DNA from: an uncultured Gemmatimonadales bacterium
GTDB taxonomy: Bacteria > Gemmatimonadota > Gemmatimonadetes > Longimicrobiales > RSA9
Reading direction: 5' to 3'
Length of the DNA stretch: 64,000 nucleotides
Assembly: GCA_963798085.1 (NCBI GenBank)
Contig: CAWCRS010000007.1
Span: forward strand, 1 to 64,000
Below are positions 36,405-48,155 of the stretch, one piece after another (positions within the stretch are counted from its first letter, which is position 1; every line of letters starts with the position of its first letter). The notes under the pieces are model-generated. The model did no database searches. It was not told the origin of the DNA and saw only the letters and a program-made list of their open reading frames with translations. The translations under genes and the position numbers were made by a program.

Positions 36405-38840
36405 ATGATAATGGGCTCGCGATCCGCCTCGCTCTTCCTGCTCAGCGCGAGCTGCGTGTTGCTGTCACCCGTGCACACCAGAGCTGCAGAGAGAAGATCC
36501 GCCGATTCACCATTCAGCCTCAGCCGCGTCGCATGGTTGAACGCTAACACCTGGCGAGGCACGCCGCGCGGCAATCGCGTGCCGGAAGCCGCACTGCGCG
36601 CGCTCGAGGAGAAGCGGTTCTTCCACGCGAGTCTGCTGCTGCGCGATTACCTGGCGACGCTCAATGACACCACGCCGGCGGATCGATTGCTCGCGGGCAG
36701 GGCGGAAGCGGGCTGGGGTGACTGGGAGCGCGTCGCCGCGCTGCTGGCGGGGCAGAACTGGCTCGACTCCGTGAGCGACGGCCTCGGCTGGTGGCTGCTC
36801 GGTCGCAGCTACTACGACAGCGGGCAGTGGGATCAGAGTCGCAGCGCGCTCGCGCGCTACCTGGAGGTCACTCCGGCGAGCAACGCCCGACAGCGTGGCC
36901 TGGCCGAGCTGTACCGTGGCCACGCCGCGCGCGAGGCCGGCGCCGAGTCCGATGCGGTTGCCGCCTACGACCGGGCGGCCGCCCTGCTGCCTGATGCCGC
37001 CGACTGGATCGGACTCCAGAGCGTCGCTGCCCTCGCTTCGACCGGCGATACGGCGCAGGTCAACGCCCGACTTGCCAGCATGGACGGTGAGCTGGCCCGG
37101 GAATGGGGTTGGCGCCACCGCGTGCGCGCGTTCCGTGCGGCCGCGGATCTGAAGGGCGCGGCCGGTGTGGCATTGAAGGCGACGACGCAGCTCGTCGCGT
37201 CCGGTCGTCGCGCCGAAGCCTGGGTCGAGCTGGGCTCGTTGCGCTCCGAACTGGGCGATCCCGCTGGTGCCCGCGAGGCGTTCCGCAACGCCATCAGCAC
37301 TGCACCCGGGAGCAGCGGCGCCGTGGATGGCGCCCGGCTGCTGGGCGACATGAAGGGGCTCACGGCCGATGATCGGCTGCTCATCGGCCAGCTCTACCTG
37401 CGGGTCGGCAACCTGCAGCGCGGCACTGCCGGCATTCAGGCGTACCTGAACGCGGGCAAGGGCAGCGCCGGCGAGCGCGAACATTTGCGTTATCAGATCG
37501 CCAATGCGTGGTTCCGGAGCGGTCGCTACGACGATTCCGAGCGCGTGTTGCTGGGCATCGCACGCCGCAACATCGTGCCCTCGCTGGGCGCCGACGCACT
37601 CTTCCTCGCCGGTCGCGCGCAGTATCGCGACGGGCGCACCACACAGGCTCGAAAGACATTTCTCGAGGTCGCGTCCCGCTACCCGAAGCAGGATGCGGCC
37701 GCCGAAGCAATGTACCTTTCGGCGGACCTCGATCACGATGACGGCAACCTCGAACTCGCCGAGGAGCGCTACCGTCGCACGATCCGGTATCCGGGCGATG
37801 TCGATGAGGTCGGCCTCGCGCACATGCGCCTCGGCGGCATTGCCTATCAGCAGGAAGACTGGACAGGCGCGCGCAAGGCGTTCGAGACCTACCGCTCCGC
37901 CTACCCGAACGGGCGGCGTTACGTGCAGGCCAGCTACTGGTCAGCCCTGAGCAGTCGGAAGCTGGGCGACGACTCGCTCGCCAACGCCCGTCTCGAGGAA
38001 GTGCTTCGGCTGGATCCGTTCTCCTACTACGGCGGCCATGCCGCGAGTCTCCTGGGAAGGTCGTTCTGGGATGTGCCGCTTCGCCTCTCGCCGCCGCCTG
38101 ACTCCGCAGCCACTGCCAGCGTCAGGGACGCCATGCGCCGCGTCGATCTCCTTCGTGACATGGACTGGAAGGACGCCGCGGATTACGAGGTGGATCGCGT
38201 GCGCCGGCGCTTCGCGGGTTCGAAGAGCGCGCAGTACGAATTGGCCGAGGCGCTCGACCAGCGTGGCTACACGACCATTGCGATCGGCATAGGCTGGGAA
38301 CTGTTCCGCAGGGAAGGCGGCTGGAGCGACCGGTTGCTCCGGATCATCTACCCGTTTCCCTGGCAGGACATCGTCGTCGCCGAGGCGGATGAGGCCGGTG
38401 TCGATCCCTTCATAGCGGCTGCGCTGATCCGACAGGAGTCGATGTTCAACGCGAATGCGGTAAGCCCGAAGGGCGCCGTGGGCCTCATGCAGGTCCTGCC
38501 CGCAACCGGATCGGTGCTGGCGCGACAGCTGGGCATGAAGCACTTCCGCGCCGACCTGCTCACCCATCCCGAGCTGAATGCCCACCTGGGCACCCGCTTC
38601 CTGGCCGACCAGTTGCAGAGCTTCGGCGGCCGGCTACCGGTTGTGCTGGCGGCATACAACGCCGGGCCCAACCGGATCGACCGCTGGCAGGAATTCCCCG
38701 AGTTCGCGGACGACGAGCAGTTCGCCGAGCGCATTCCGTTCGCCGAGACGCGGGACTACGTCAAGATCGTCCAGAACAACGCCCGCATTTACGAGGCCCT
38801 GTACAAGCCGGCCATCGAGGCACGCAAGATCGACCGTTGA
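36405..38840 (+). CDS. TPR-repeat soluble lytic transglycosylase (Slt-like)
   Basis: ALIRQESMF, GAVGLMQV, AAYNAGP and IPFAETRDYV; helical repeats upstream. Confidence 0.92.
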   Translation: MIMGSRSASLFLLSASCVLLSPVHTRAAERRSADSPFSLSRVAWLNANTWRGTPRGNRVPEAALRALEEKRFFHASLLLRDYLATLNDTTPADRLLAGRAEAGWGDWERVAALLAGQNWLDSVSDGLGWWLLGRSYYDSGQWDQSRSALARYLEVTPASNARQRGLAELYRGHAAREAGAESDAVAAYDRAAALLPDAADWIGLQSVAALASTGDTAQVNARLASMDGELAREWGWRHRVRAFRAAADLKGAAGVALKATTQLVASGRRAEAWVELGSLRSELGDPAGAREAFRNAISTAPGSSGAVDGARLLGDMKGLTADDRLLIGQLYLRVGNLQRGTAGIQAYLNAGKGSAGEREHLRYQIANAWFRSGRYDDSERVLLGIARRNIVPSLGADALFLAGRAQYRDGRTTQARKTFLEVASRYPKQDAAAEAMYLSADLDHDDGNLELAEERYRRTIRYPGDVDEVGLAHMRLGGIAYQQEDWTGARKAFETYRSAYPNGRRYVQASYWSALSSRKLGDDSLANARLEEVLRLDPFSYYGGHAASLLGRSFWDVPLRLSPPPDSAATASVRDAMRRVDLLRDMDWKDAADYEVDRVRRRFAGSKSAQYELAEALDQRGYTTIAIGIGWELFRREGGWSDRLLRIIYPFPWQDIVVAEADEAGVDPFIAAALIRQESMFNANAVSPKGAVGLMQVLPATGSVLARQLGMKHFRADLLTHPELNAHLGTRFLADQLQSFGGRLPVVLAAYNAGPNRIDRWQEFPEFADDEQFAERIPFAETRDYVKIVQNNARIYEALYKPAIEARKIDR

Positions 38841-38984
38841 CCGCAGGACCAACCCGGCGTGGGTGGCCCAGGTCAAACCGCGTCGGGTCGCCATTTTAGC
38901 TGCAGCAGACTCAAGGCCAAATGCGTCGCCTGCCGACACTCATGTCATGCAGACAGGGGACGATTTTCCAGCTACCCCCGGCTC

Positions 38985-41067
38985 ATGGACGAAATCAGCC
39001 GCGAGAGGGCGGCCACATTGGAAAGCCGAAGCGAAACCACCGGCTCTGAAGCGTCCGCCGACAGGCGAGCGCTTACACCGGAGGTGTCGCACTTTCTCGT
39101 CCAGCTCTCCATAGCGCTGCACAAGACGGTTACCTATCCCGCCGGCCATCCTGCCCTCGAATCCGCAGTCCGCGGCCTGACACTTCGACTGAACGCCGTG
39201 CTCACTGACCGGCAGAGCGTGGGCATTGGCGTGGCTCGCGACAAACTGGTCATTGAAGGGGGCACGACAGATCCGGGAAACGCGGTGCTGCGAGGCCTCG
39301 CCGAAGCACTCCACCGTCACCAGATCGGCGCACTGCGTTTCGAGCGCGGTGTCTCGCCCGCTGAAGTATCGGGCCTGCTCACGGCACTCGCCGTGGACAC
39401 GCGGCAGAACCCGCCCATGGGTACGGACGAAGAAGCGCTGCGACGCTGGTCCTCGATCAAGCTCCTGCCGATCGCGCTGGACGAGCTGGAACTGGCCAAC
39501 GGCGAGCGCAGGGCGTCGCGGGCCGAGCAGCTCTGGCTCTCGCTGGCCGCCGCCACGCTGCACCGCGATCCGACGGATGAAATGAGCGGAGATGCGGTTT
39601 CTGCGCAGCTCGCGCGCGCCATCCGCGGCAACGTGCAGGACGCCAGCTATGACCGCGTCATTGCCGAGTACATGCTGCAGGTGGGTAAGGAGCTGGTAGA
39701 CAAGGGCGGGACCGCGACGCAGGTGGCCGATCAGTTCGGCGAGCTCGTCGCTGAGCTGGGTGACGACACACTGCGCATGCTGCTGGAGCTGGGCGCCGAC
39801 CTCGCCTCCCGCAAACAGCTCATTCTCGACCTCAGTCGTGCGCTTCCCGCGCGCTCCGTCGTGACGCTCACGCGCGCCGCGGCCAATGCATCCAAACAGG
39901 GCATTTCGGATGCTCTGCTGCGTCTCTTCGGCAAGATGGCTGCGAACGCGGAAACGCATTCCGGTCCGGTCTCGGCTGCTTCCGATGTGGTCCTGCGCGA
40001 TGCGATAGGCCAGCTGGTCGAGGGCTGGACGCTGGCCGATCCCAATCCTGAACGCTACCGCGAACTGCTGCGCTATCTCTCCGTCACGGGTCGGAAAACA
40101 GAAGCGACGGCGGAAACAGCCTCGCACGTGGACGCCCTGATGATCGTGCACGTGGCGCTCGAAACCGGCGCTACGGGGCAGTCCGTCTGGCGGGCACTCG
40201 ACGAGCTCATCACCTACGGTCGCCTTACAGAATGTCATGGCAGCACTGACCTTGGCCGACGAGGGCAAGGCCACCGCCGCGTTCCGTGACTACCTCGTGA
40301 ATCCTGCCCGCATCAAGGCCGTGCTCGCCGTGCAGCAGGATCGCCAGGCGGTCGACCAGCTGCTCGACTGGACCGGGCTGACCGCGGCCGCCGCCATGCT
40401 CGACGCACTGGAGACAGCCGATTCGCGCGCCACGCGTCGCCAGATCATGGGCCGCCTTGCCTCCATGGGCGCCGAAATCGGACCGCTCATCCTCGAACGA
40501 CTCGAGCGCGGCCCCTGGTTTGTGCAGCGCAACATGCTCTATCTGCTGGGCGAAATGGAGCGCATTCCGTCCGGCTTCTCGCCGCAGTCGTTCCTCGAGC
40601 ACGAGGATCCGCGCGTGCGGCGCGAGGCGATCAAGGTGGCGCTGCGCGTGCCCGGCTGGCGTGAGGAGGCCATCATCGCAGGCCTCGCGGATGGCGACAC
40701 GCGCATGCTGAACCTCGTACTAGGCGCCGCGCTCGAAGGCTCCCCACCGGGCATAGCCCGCCCGCTGATCCGCCTTCTGGAGACAACGCCACTCGAGACC
40801 GGACTGCGCACGCTGGCGATACGCGTGCTTTCACACACCCGCGCCTCCGACGCTCGTGACTGGCTGATCGACCGGGTGCTGCGACGGCGGCGTCTGTTCA
40901 GCCGCGGCGCGCTGGCGCCCAAATCGCCCGAGATGATCGTGGCACTGCGCGCCCTCAACCTTTACTGGCCCACGCACCCGCGCGCGTCACGTGTCCTGCG
41001 CATCGCGGCGCGCAGCGAAGACCGTGAGATCCGCGAAGTCACAGAATCGCTGGAGCCCCACCTGTGA
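38985..41067 (+). CDS. HEAT-repeat protein (one frameshift at ~40235)
   Basis: N-domain YPAGHP; C-terminal PWFVQRNMLYLL and HEDPRVRREA HEAT repeats. Confidence 0.8.
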
Positions 41068-42293
41068 GCGAGCCGTCACACGTTCTCGCCACACTGGGCC
41101 AGGCGCTGTCCGCAATGCGCTTCTACAACGAGGGCCATCCGGCTCGCGAGCGCGCCATCAGCGCCGCATTCGAGGAAGTCGAGCTGCTGCTGGAGGAGGA
41201 TCGGAGTCCGCGCTTCACGTTCGTCGAAGGCGAAGCCGTCTATCACCGCCGCTTGCTGCGCGAGCTGCGTGACTGGGACTGGGCCAGCAAGCTGGAGGCG
41301 GCCGGCGTGCAGCGCATCGAGTTCACGCCCGCCGTGACGATCGAAGACTATCAGAGGTTCCTGCGCGATCTCGTCGACCGCATGAATGGCGGTGGCGGCT
41401 GGAACGCGGTGGCTCAGCCAGATCGCACCCACGGGCATCCGCTACGGCGCGGTGGGCTTCCGCGATGATGAATCCGGCCAGCCCACCACAGACCTGACCG
41501 GCCGCAAGATGTCACTCTCGCTCGACAACGAGATCGCCGCCGTCGAGTGGATCCACAGTGAAGTGCGCGACCGCCACCAGCTCCCGCTTCTGGAGGCCGA
41601 AGTGGTGGTGCGCTCGCTGGCCCTCGCCATCCACCAGGAAAGCCAGGTCGTGCTGCCGTTGCTCCAGCTCAAGGAGTTCGATCAGTACACTACCACGCAC
41701 TCCTGCAATGTCGCGGTGCTCGCTACCGCGTTCTCCGAACATCTCGGCTTCGAGCCCGCGCACGCGCGCGATCTCTCGGCGTTTGCGGGCTGCTGCACGA
41801 CATCGGCAAGGTCTACATCCCGCGCGATGTGCTGATCAAGCCAGGTCGTCTCACTGAATCGGAGCGCCGCGTCATCGAGCGCCATCCCACGGAAGGTGCG
41901 CGCATCCTGATCGAACGCGAGCGCAACCTCGACCTCGCGGCGGTGGTTTCGTACGAGCACCACCGCTGGATGGATGGCCAAGGCTACCCCGCCGTACGCT
42001 TCGACCGCTCCTGTCACCTCGCCAGCCGCCTGGTCCAGATCTGCGACGTCTTCGATGCACTCTGCACGGATCGTCCGTATCGACCCGGCCTCCACCCGGA
42101 GTCTGCACTCGAGACCATTGAGTCGGAGGCCGGCAGCCACTTCGACCCGAACCTGGTTAGCGCTTTCACTAGTATGGTGCGCAACTCGTTCCTGCAGTTC
42201 ACACCCATCACTTCCGAGGCTGCCGATCACCTGATCGATCCGCTGCCGAAGGGCCCGGCCGAAGCCGCAACCCCATCGGACCCGATAGCGTAA
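41064..42293 (+). CDS. HD-GYP phosphodiesterase (two frameshifts)
   Basis: [34 protein letters not shown] and [13 protein letters not shown]. Confidence 0.88.
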
Positions 42294-42448
42294 ATCATTC
42301 TTTCATAATTCTTTACAAGTTTCGACAACGGCTGTTTCAAGCGCGGCGGCGAGGGTCCGGACCGTGACCTCCCCCACGTCTCGCCGAGGGTCGATCCGTG
42401 GCCCGGAAATGGCGATTCATGGCCGATTTAACGGAGGTAACGTTTTTC

Positions 42449-42478
42449 TTGACACTTGCACACAATCGCGCATACCTT
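42449..42478 (+). promoter_or_regulatory. Sigma70 promoter of the cold-shock gene
   Basis: TTGACA-18 nt-TACCTT. Confidence 0.55.
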
Positions 42479-42531
42479 CGTCCACCGCAGCACTGTTGCT
42501 GCCGGTGGCAACCCTTCGTAGGAGGCAGGTA

Positions 42532-42738
42532 ATGGCCAGAGGGAAGGTGAAGTGGTTCAATGACGCCAAGGGGTACGGCTTCATTGAGCAGCCGGGTGGC
42601 GAGGATGTGTTCGTCCACTTCTCAGCCATCACGATGGAGGGTTTCAAAACTCTCGCCGAAGGTGAGGAAGTCGAGTTCGAGGTTCGCCAGACAGACAAAG
42701 GCCTTCAGGCCGCGAATGTCAGCCGGCTGAGCACGTAA
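42532..42738 (+). CDS. Cold-shock protein (CspA family)
   Basis: [15 protein letters not shown] and [17 protein letters not shown]. Confidence 0.97.
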   Translation: MARGKVKWFNDAKGYGFIEQPGGEDVFVHFSAITMEGFKTLAEGEEVEFEVRQTDKGLQAANVSRLST

Positions 42739-42772
42739 CTCGATCCCTCTGGGCCGCGTCCGCGTAACGGGG

Positions 42773-42800
42773 GCCCCGCCGACCCGCCGGCGGGGCGTTT
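42773..42800 (+). terminator. Intrinsic terminator after csp
   Basis: GCCCCGCCG/CGGCGGGGC stem followed by GTTT. Confidence 0.65.
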
Positions 42801-42830
42801 CGTGTTCCAACGGGGTAATCAAGCGACCGC

Positions 42831-45583
42831 ATGATCCGAGGTTCCCGCGAAGACCCGGCCTCGGCTGTTTCTCATTGACGGCTACGCGCTCATCTACCGT
42901 GCATTCTTCGCGCTCATCAGTCGTCCGCTGACAACGACGAAGGGCGAAAACACTTCGGCCGCGTACGGCTTCGCGCGCTTCCTGCTGAAGGTACTGCGCG
43001 AGCACGAGCCGGATTACCTCGTGATCGTGCTGGATGCCGGTTCCAGCCAGCGCAGTACGGTGTACCCGGCGTACAAGGCGACGCGCGAGAAGATGCCGAC
43101 CGATCTGCGGGCATCGCTGCCGCGCATTCGCCAGCTGATGGACGCGTTCCGCTTCCCCATCATCGAGCTGAAGGACCATGAAGCCGACGACGTGATCGGC
43201 ACGCTGGCGAAGAAGGCGGCGGCCGCCGGCGTAGAGGCCGTGATCGTCTCGGGCGACAAGGACTTCTACCAGCTGATCGGCCCAAACATTGCATTACTCA
43301 ATCCGGGTCGTGGCGGTCAGGCCAATGTCGAGGAGGAGTGGGTCGACACCTCCAACGCGGCCGAGCGCCTGGGCGTTCCACCGGAGCGCGTCGTCGACTA
43401 CCTCGCATTGATCGGCGATTCGTCGGACAACATTCCGGGCGCGCGCGGCGTCGGGCCCAAGACCGCGCTCCAGCTGCTCGACCAGTTCGGCAGTGTGGAT
43501 GCGGTCCTTGAGCATCGCGGCGAGATCACAGCCAAACGCGCGCGTGAGGCGCTCGAATGCTGCGGCCGACGACGTCCGGCTTTCCCGCGACCTCGTGACC
43601 ATCAAGGCCGATCTGCCCGTCGAGCTGGACCTCGATCGGCTTCGCATTCCGGAGCCCGATCGCGCCAAGCTGCGTGACATCTTCGTCGAGCTGGAGTTCC
43701 ACTCGCTCGCCAGGGAACTGGGCGAACAGGAGAAGCTGCCCGTCAGTCTGGACCGCAGCTATCGACTGGCCGATACCATGGACGCCGTGATCGAGATGGT
43801 GACAGCCGTGCGCGCCGCCGGCCGTGTTGCCATCAATGTCGAGGGCTCCGACTACGACGCCATGCGCGGCAGCATCGTGGGCATCGGCATGGTCGTGCGT
43901 CCGGGCTACGGCTTCTACCTGCCGTTTGCGCACCGCACACCGGGCGTTCTCGACCTGGATGGCGTGCAGGTCCGCAACCTGCCTGCGCTCGCATCGCCCG
44001 CGATGCGCCCGCTGATCGAAGTGCTGGAGGATCCCGCCATCGCCAAGATCGGCCATGACCTGAAACGCGACGTGCTGCTGCTGCGCGGCGCTGGCGTCAC
44101 ACTGCGCGGATTCGACTTCGACACGCAGGTCGCGTCCTATGTAATCGATGCCAGCCGCCGCGAGCACGAGAGCCAGTCGCTCGCGCTGCAGCATCTCGGT
44201 CATCATCGCAAGGGCCGCGACGAGGTGACAGGCAAGGGCAGGGAAGCACAGCCCATCGCTGAAATCGACGTGCGCACCGCGGGTGACTGGATCACCGAAG
44301 ACGCCGACATTGCACTCCGGCTTCATGCGCTGTTCGAGCCGGAGCTGAAGCGCTCCGCCCTGGAAGGTCTCTACCGCGATATCGAGATGCCGCTCATTCC
44401 CGTGCTCGCGGACATGGAGTGGGAAGGCATCCGCATCGATCTGCCGTTCTTCCAGAAACAGCACGTCAAACTGGAGCGGGACCTGGGCCTGATCGAGGAG
44501 GAGATCTACAAGGAGGCGGGCGAACAGTTCAATATCAATTCCACGCCGCAGCTCCGTGCGATCCTGTTCGACAAGCTGGAGCTTCCCGTACTGCGCAAGA
44601 CGAAGACCGGCGCATCGACAGACGCCTCGGTGCTGGAGGAGCTGGCCGCCGCCGGGCATCGTCTGCCCACACTGATCCTCGAGTTCCGCCAGCTGGACAA
44701 GCTGAAGGGCACGTACGTCGATGCGCTGCCCCTGCAGGTCAATCCACGCACGGGCCGCATCCACACCAGCTTCAGCCAGACGGTGGCGGCGACCGGACGG
44801 CTTTCCTCGAGCGATCCGAATCTGCAGAACGTCCCCATCCGCTCACAGACGGGCGCCGAGCTGCGCAAAGGCTTCGTACCGGCGGACGGCCACCTGTTCC
44901 TGGCCGCGGATTACTCGCAGATCGAGCTGCGCATCCTGGCGCACATGTCGGGTGACCCGGTGATGACAGAGGCGTTCACCAGCGGCATCGACGTGCACCG
45001 CCAGACTGCCGCGCTGATTTTTGGAACGCAGATCGACCAGGTCAGCGCGGACATGCGCGCTGCTGCCAAGACCGTCAATTTCGCGACCATCTACGGCATC
45101 GGTCCCTTCGCGCTGTCGCAGCAGTTGAACACCAGCGTCGCGGAAGCCAAGGCGTTCATCGCGCAGTATTTCGAACGGCTGCCGGGCGTGCGTCGCTACC
45201 TCGACGAGCAGATCGAGAAGGCGAAGTCGCTGGGCTACGTGGAGACGCTGTCGGGGCGCCGTCGCTACATCCCGGAACTGCGTGCGCAGAACTGGAACAT
45301 CAGACAGTTCGGCGAACGCGCCGCCACCAACGCGCCCGTGCAGGGAACGGCTGCGGACATCATCAAGATCGCAATGATCCGCATTCATCAGGCCTTCGCA
45401 CAGCGCGCGCTGACCGCGCACATGCTGCTGCAGGTGCATGACGAACTGCTGTTCGAGGTGCCGCGGGCCGCCATCGATGAGACGCGACAGCTGGTCGTCG
45501 AGCTGATGGAGGGTGCGTTCCCGCTCAATGTGCCGCTGGAAGTGGCCACCGGCGTGGGCGAAACCTGGTATGACTGCAAGTAG
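42831..45583 (+). CDS. polA: DNA polymerase I (indels near the start and at ~43560)
   Basis: LFLIDGYALIYRAFF, EADDVIGTL, GDSSDNIPG, TGRLSSSDPNLQN, ADYSQIELR and QVHDEL. Confidence 0.96.
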
Positions 45584-45968
45584 ACCCGCCTTCGGGGACG
45601 TACCCTCGAACCGTCACCTGCGCTTCCGACTGATCGAGCGATCAGAGCGGCACGGCATCGTCGCTATGGATGCGGCCCCGGAATTCGAGCAGGAAACCGG
45701 CGTAGTGCACGGCGGCATCCTCACCTCCCTCGCGGACACGGCGGCCGTCTACTGCTTCATGCCGGACCTGGGCGATGGCAATGCCATGGTGGGAGTGGAG
45801 CTGAAGATCAACTTCCTGCGGCCGGCGCTGCCGGGTAAAGGCGAAATCCTTGCGCGGGCCACCGTGCTGCGCAGGGGAAAGCGGCTTGGCGTCTGTGAAG
45901 TCGACGTCAGCCAGGGCGAATCCCATGTTGCCCGCGGTCTCTTCACCTACCTGTTCACGTCCCGCTGA
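45570..45968 (+). CDS. PaaI-family thioesterase
   Basis: GVVHGGILTSLADTA and ELKINFLRP. Confidence 0.9.
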   Translation: MTASRPAFGDVPSNRHLRFRLIERSERHGIVAMDAAPEFEQETGVVHGGILTSLADTAAVYCFMPDLGDGNAMVGVELKINFLRPALPGKGEILARATVLRRGKRLGVCEVDVSQGESHVARGLFTYLFTSR

Positions 45969-45989
45969 CAGACGGTACGAATCACACGA

Positions 45990-46283
45990 TCACACCGCAG
46001 TCGAGACGGAGTCCGTCACGGCTGCCGGCTCAGTCGGTGCCGTGGCGTCATTGCTGACTTCTACGAAACGGGCCCAGTCGGTATCGACGATGATGGTGCG
46101 GCCCGTCTCCGTTTCCAGCACGAGGATCGAGCGCGTGGCGCGACGGCAGCGCACCACGTCCCCGACTTCCAGCCCGAGGCCGTAACACAGGTCCTGCAGG
46201 GTGTGGAACAGGATGCGTTCGATGCGCACAGTTTCCGAGGGACCTACATCGGCCAGGGAACGGACGGTCACGAGGATGGACAT
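45990..46283 (-). CDS. FeoA-like SH3 domain protein
   Basis: SLADV....VRIERI..LGLEVGDVVR pattern; AGGAGG SD. Confidence 0.6.
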   Translation of the reverse strand: MSILVTVRSLADVGPSETVRIERILFHTLQDLCYGLGLEVGDVVRCRRATRSILVLETETGRTIIVDTDWARFVEVSNDATAPTEPAAVTDSVSTAV

Positions 46284-46368
46284 TGAGCCTCCTGGCAATG
46301 AAAAACGGCATCATGCAGGAACCGCACCCGGCAGGCCGTCATGCCCGCGGCCCGCGCTCGGTTCCCGC

Positions 46369-47319
46369 TTACGACTGCTGAACGAGACGCAGCATGCGTG
46401 TACGTGTGACTTCGTCGGGCAGCGGTCCGCGCAGCGCGCCCATGTTGTCCTCGAGGTGGTGGGGATCCGACGTCGCCGGGATGACGCAGGTGACGGCCGG
46501 GTGCGCGACGATCCACTTGAGGAAGAACTGCGCCCACGAGTGCGCGCCGCATTCCGCCGCCCAGTCCGGCAATGCACGTCCGGCCACTGCCCGGAAGAGT
46601 CCACCCTCGGCGAAGGGTCGGTTCACCAGAACCGCGACGCCGCGCTCCTTGGCCAGCGGCAGCAGTCGCTGATCCGCCTCCCGCTCCGCGAGCGAGTAGT
46701 TCAGCTGCACGAAGTCGAGCGGCTGTGTGGACAGGATCCGCTCGAGTTGCGTATAGGCTCCCACCGTGTAGTGCGTGACACCGACGTACCGAATGCGCTT
46801 TTCCGCTTTCCATGCGTGCAGCGTCTCCAGCTGAGTCTCGACATCCAGCAGATTGTGCACCTGCATGAGGTCGATGGGCTCCGCGTGCAGGCGGCTGAGC
46901 GAAGTGCGCATCTGCTGGATGCCACTCTCGCGTCCCTGCGTCCACACCTTGGTGGCGAGAAACAGGCGGGGCCGGAGTGAAAGCTCCGCTACCAGGTCGC
47001 CAACCACGGCTTCGGCACGGCCGTACATGGGCGACGAGTCGATGACCGCGCCACCCAGCGCCGAGAAGCGGCGCACCACATCGCGCAGCGGTGCCCTCTC
47101 GGCAGCGCCCGTGCCCACATCGAAAGTCTGCCACGTCCCCAGCCCGATCGCCGGGATGCGTTCGCCGCTCGCGTGAATCGGGCGCAGGAGCGGCGCGTCC
47201 GTCTGTGCGCCGTCGCCGCCGGCGTGCACGCGCTGCGCCAGGCTCAGTCCGACCGCGGCGGTAATTCCGCGCGCCAGCAGATCGCGTCGCGTGATGTCGC
47301 GCGCTGCGCGTGCTTCCAT
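46369..47319 (-). CDS. Aldo/keto reductase with Tat-like signal
   Basis: TRRDLL, IGLGTWQ, DSSPMYG, LATKV, DLMQVHN and VQLNYS. Confidence 0.92.
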   Translation of the reverse strand: MEARAARDITRRDLLARGITAAVGLSLAQRVHAGGDGAQTDAPLLRPIHASGERIPAIGLGTWQTFDVGTGAAERAPLRDVVRRFSALGGAVIDSSPMYGRAEAVVGDLVAELSLRPRLFLATKVWTQGRESGIQQMRTSLSRLHAEPIDLMQVHNLLDVETQLETLHAWKAEKRIRYVGVTHYTVGAYTQLERILSTQPLDFVQLNYSLAEREADQRLLPLAKERGVAVLVNRPFAEGGLFRAVAGRALPDWAAECGAHSWAQFFLKWIVAHPAVTCVIPATSDPHHLEDNMGALRGPLPDEVTRTRMLRLVQQS

Positions 47320-47570
47320 CCGTGGCTCTCCTCGAAGGTGCCGGCGCTCCGCAACGCGCGCGCGGCCAGAGCGTAGAGGCGGAGCACCGTTCTGGTATCA
47401 GGCGACACGTCCGCCTCCGCTCCCGTCGTTTCCGCCATCGTTCCTGCCAGGGCTGGCGACGCGGCGGATGGCTCTGCTGCCGACGAGCCGGCACTGGCGG
47501 GCGTGACCGGTGCGGCCGTAGCATTGGCCACGTCATTCCTCTCATACCCCAGACCGGGCACGCCCTGTTC

Positions 47571-48152
47571 ATGAGTGACGCGAAATCCCGCCGTTCGTTC
47601 ATAGAGGCCGCAGGAATAACGGGCGCCGCCTTACTCCTCGGTGACGCGGTCAGGGTGCGTGAAGCCCTCGCCTGGGCGGTGCAACGGCGGCAGGCGCCGC
47701 CGCCACACCGCTACCTCTCGCTCACGCCAGGGCAGGCCGCGGATCTCGAGGCCGTGGCGTCGCGCATCATGCCCTCCGACGACACGCCGGGCGCGAGGGA
47801 CGCGGGTGTCATTCACTTCATGGACCGCGCGTTCACGACGTTCGCGGCGCCGCAGAAGCACATCGTCGACAAGGGCCTCGCCGACCTGAACAGACGCGTG
47901 CGCAAGCGCTGGAAAGGCACATCGTCGTTTGCCGCGCTCGCTCCCGCGCAGCAGGACGAAGTGCTGCACGAAATCGAGCGGCAGGATTTCTTCCAGGGCG
48001 TGCGCCAGCTCACACTGTTCGGCATGTTCGCGGACCCGTCCTGGGGTGGCAATCAGGACGATGCCGGCTGGAAGCTGATCGGCTACGATCATCAGCCCCT
48101 CTATCGACCGCCCTTCGGCTGGTACGACGCCGAAGCCAATCGGGGAGGCTGA
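47571..48152 (+). CDS. Gluconate 2-dehydrogenase subunit 3-family protein (Tat)
   Basis: SRRSFI, PGARDAGVIHFMD and GMFADPSWGGN..GWKLIGY. Confidence 0.9.
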   Translation: MSDAKSRRSFIEAAGITGAALLLGDAVRVREALAWAVQRRQAPPPHRYLSLTPGQAADLEAVASRIMPSDDTPGARDAGVIHFMDRAFTTFAAPQKHIVDKGLADLNRRVRKRWKGTSSFAALAPAQQDEVLHEIERQDFFQGVRQLTLFGMFADPSWGGNQDDAGWKLIGYDHQPLYRPPFGWYDAEANRGG

Positions 48153-48155
48153 CCC

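Noticed and set aside
42831..45583. Frameshifts in polA and other genes as pseudogenes or programmed frameshifts
   Set aside because: Indels hit many unrelated genes, lack slippery heptamers and cluster in patches; consistent with long-read errors.
47244..47561. 105-aa minus-strand ORF upstream of the aldo/keto reductase
   Set aside because: Low-complexity Ala/Ser/Pro sequence overlapping the AKR start; cannot be supported without homologs.
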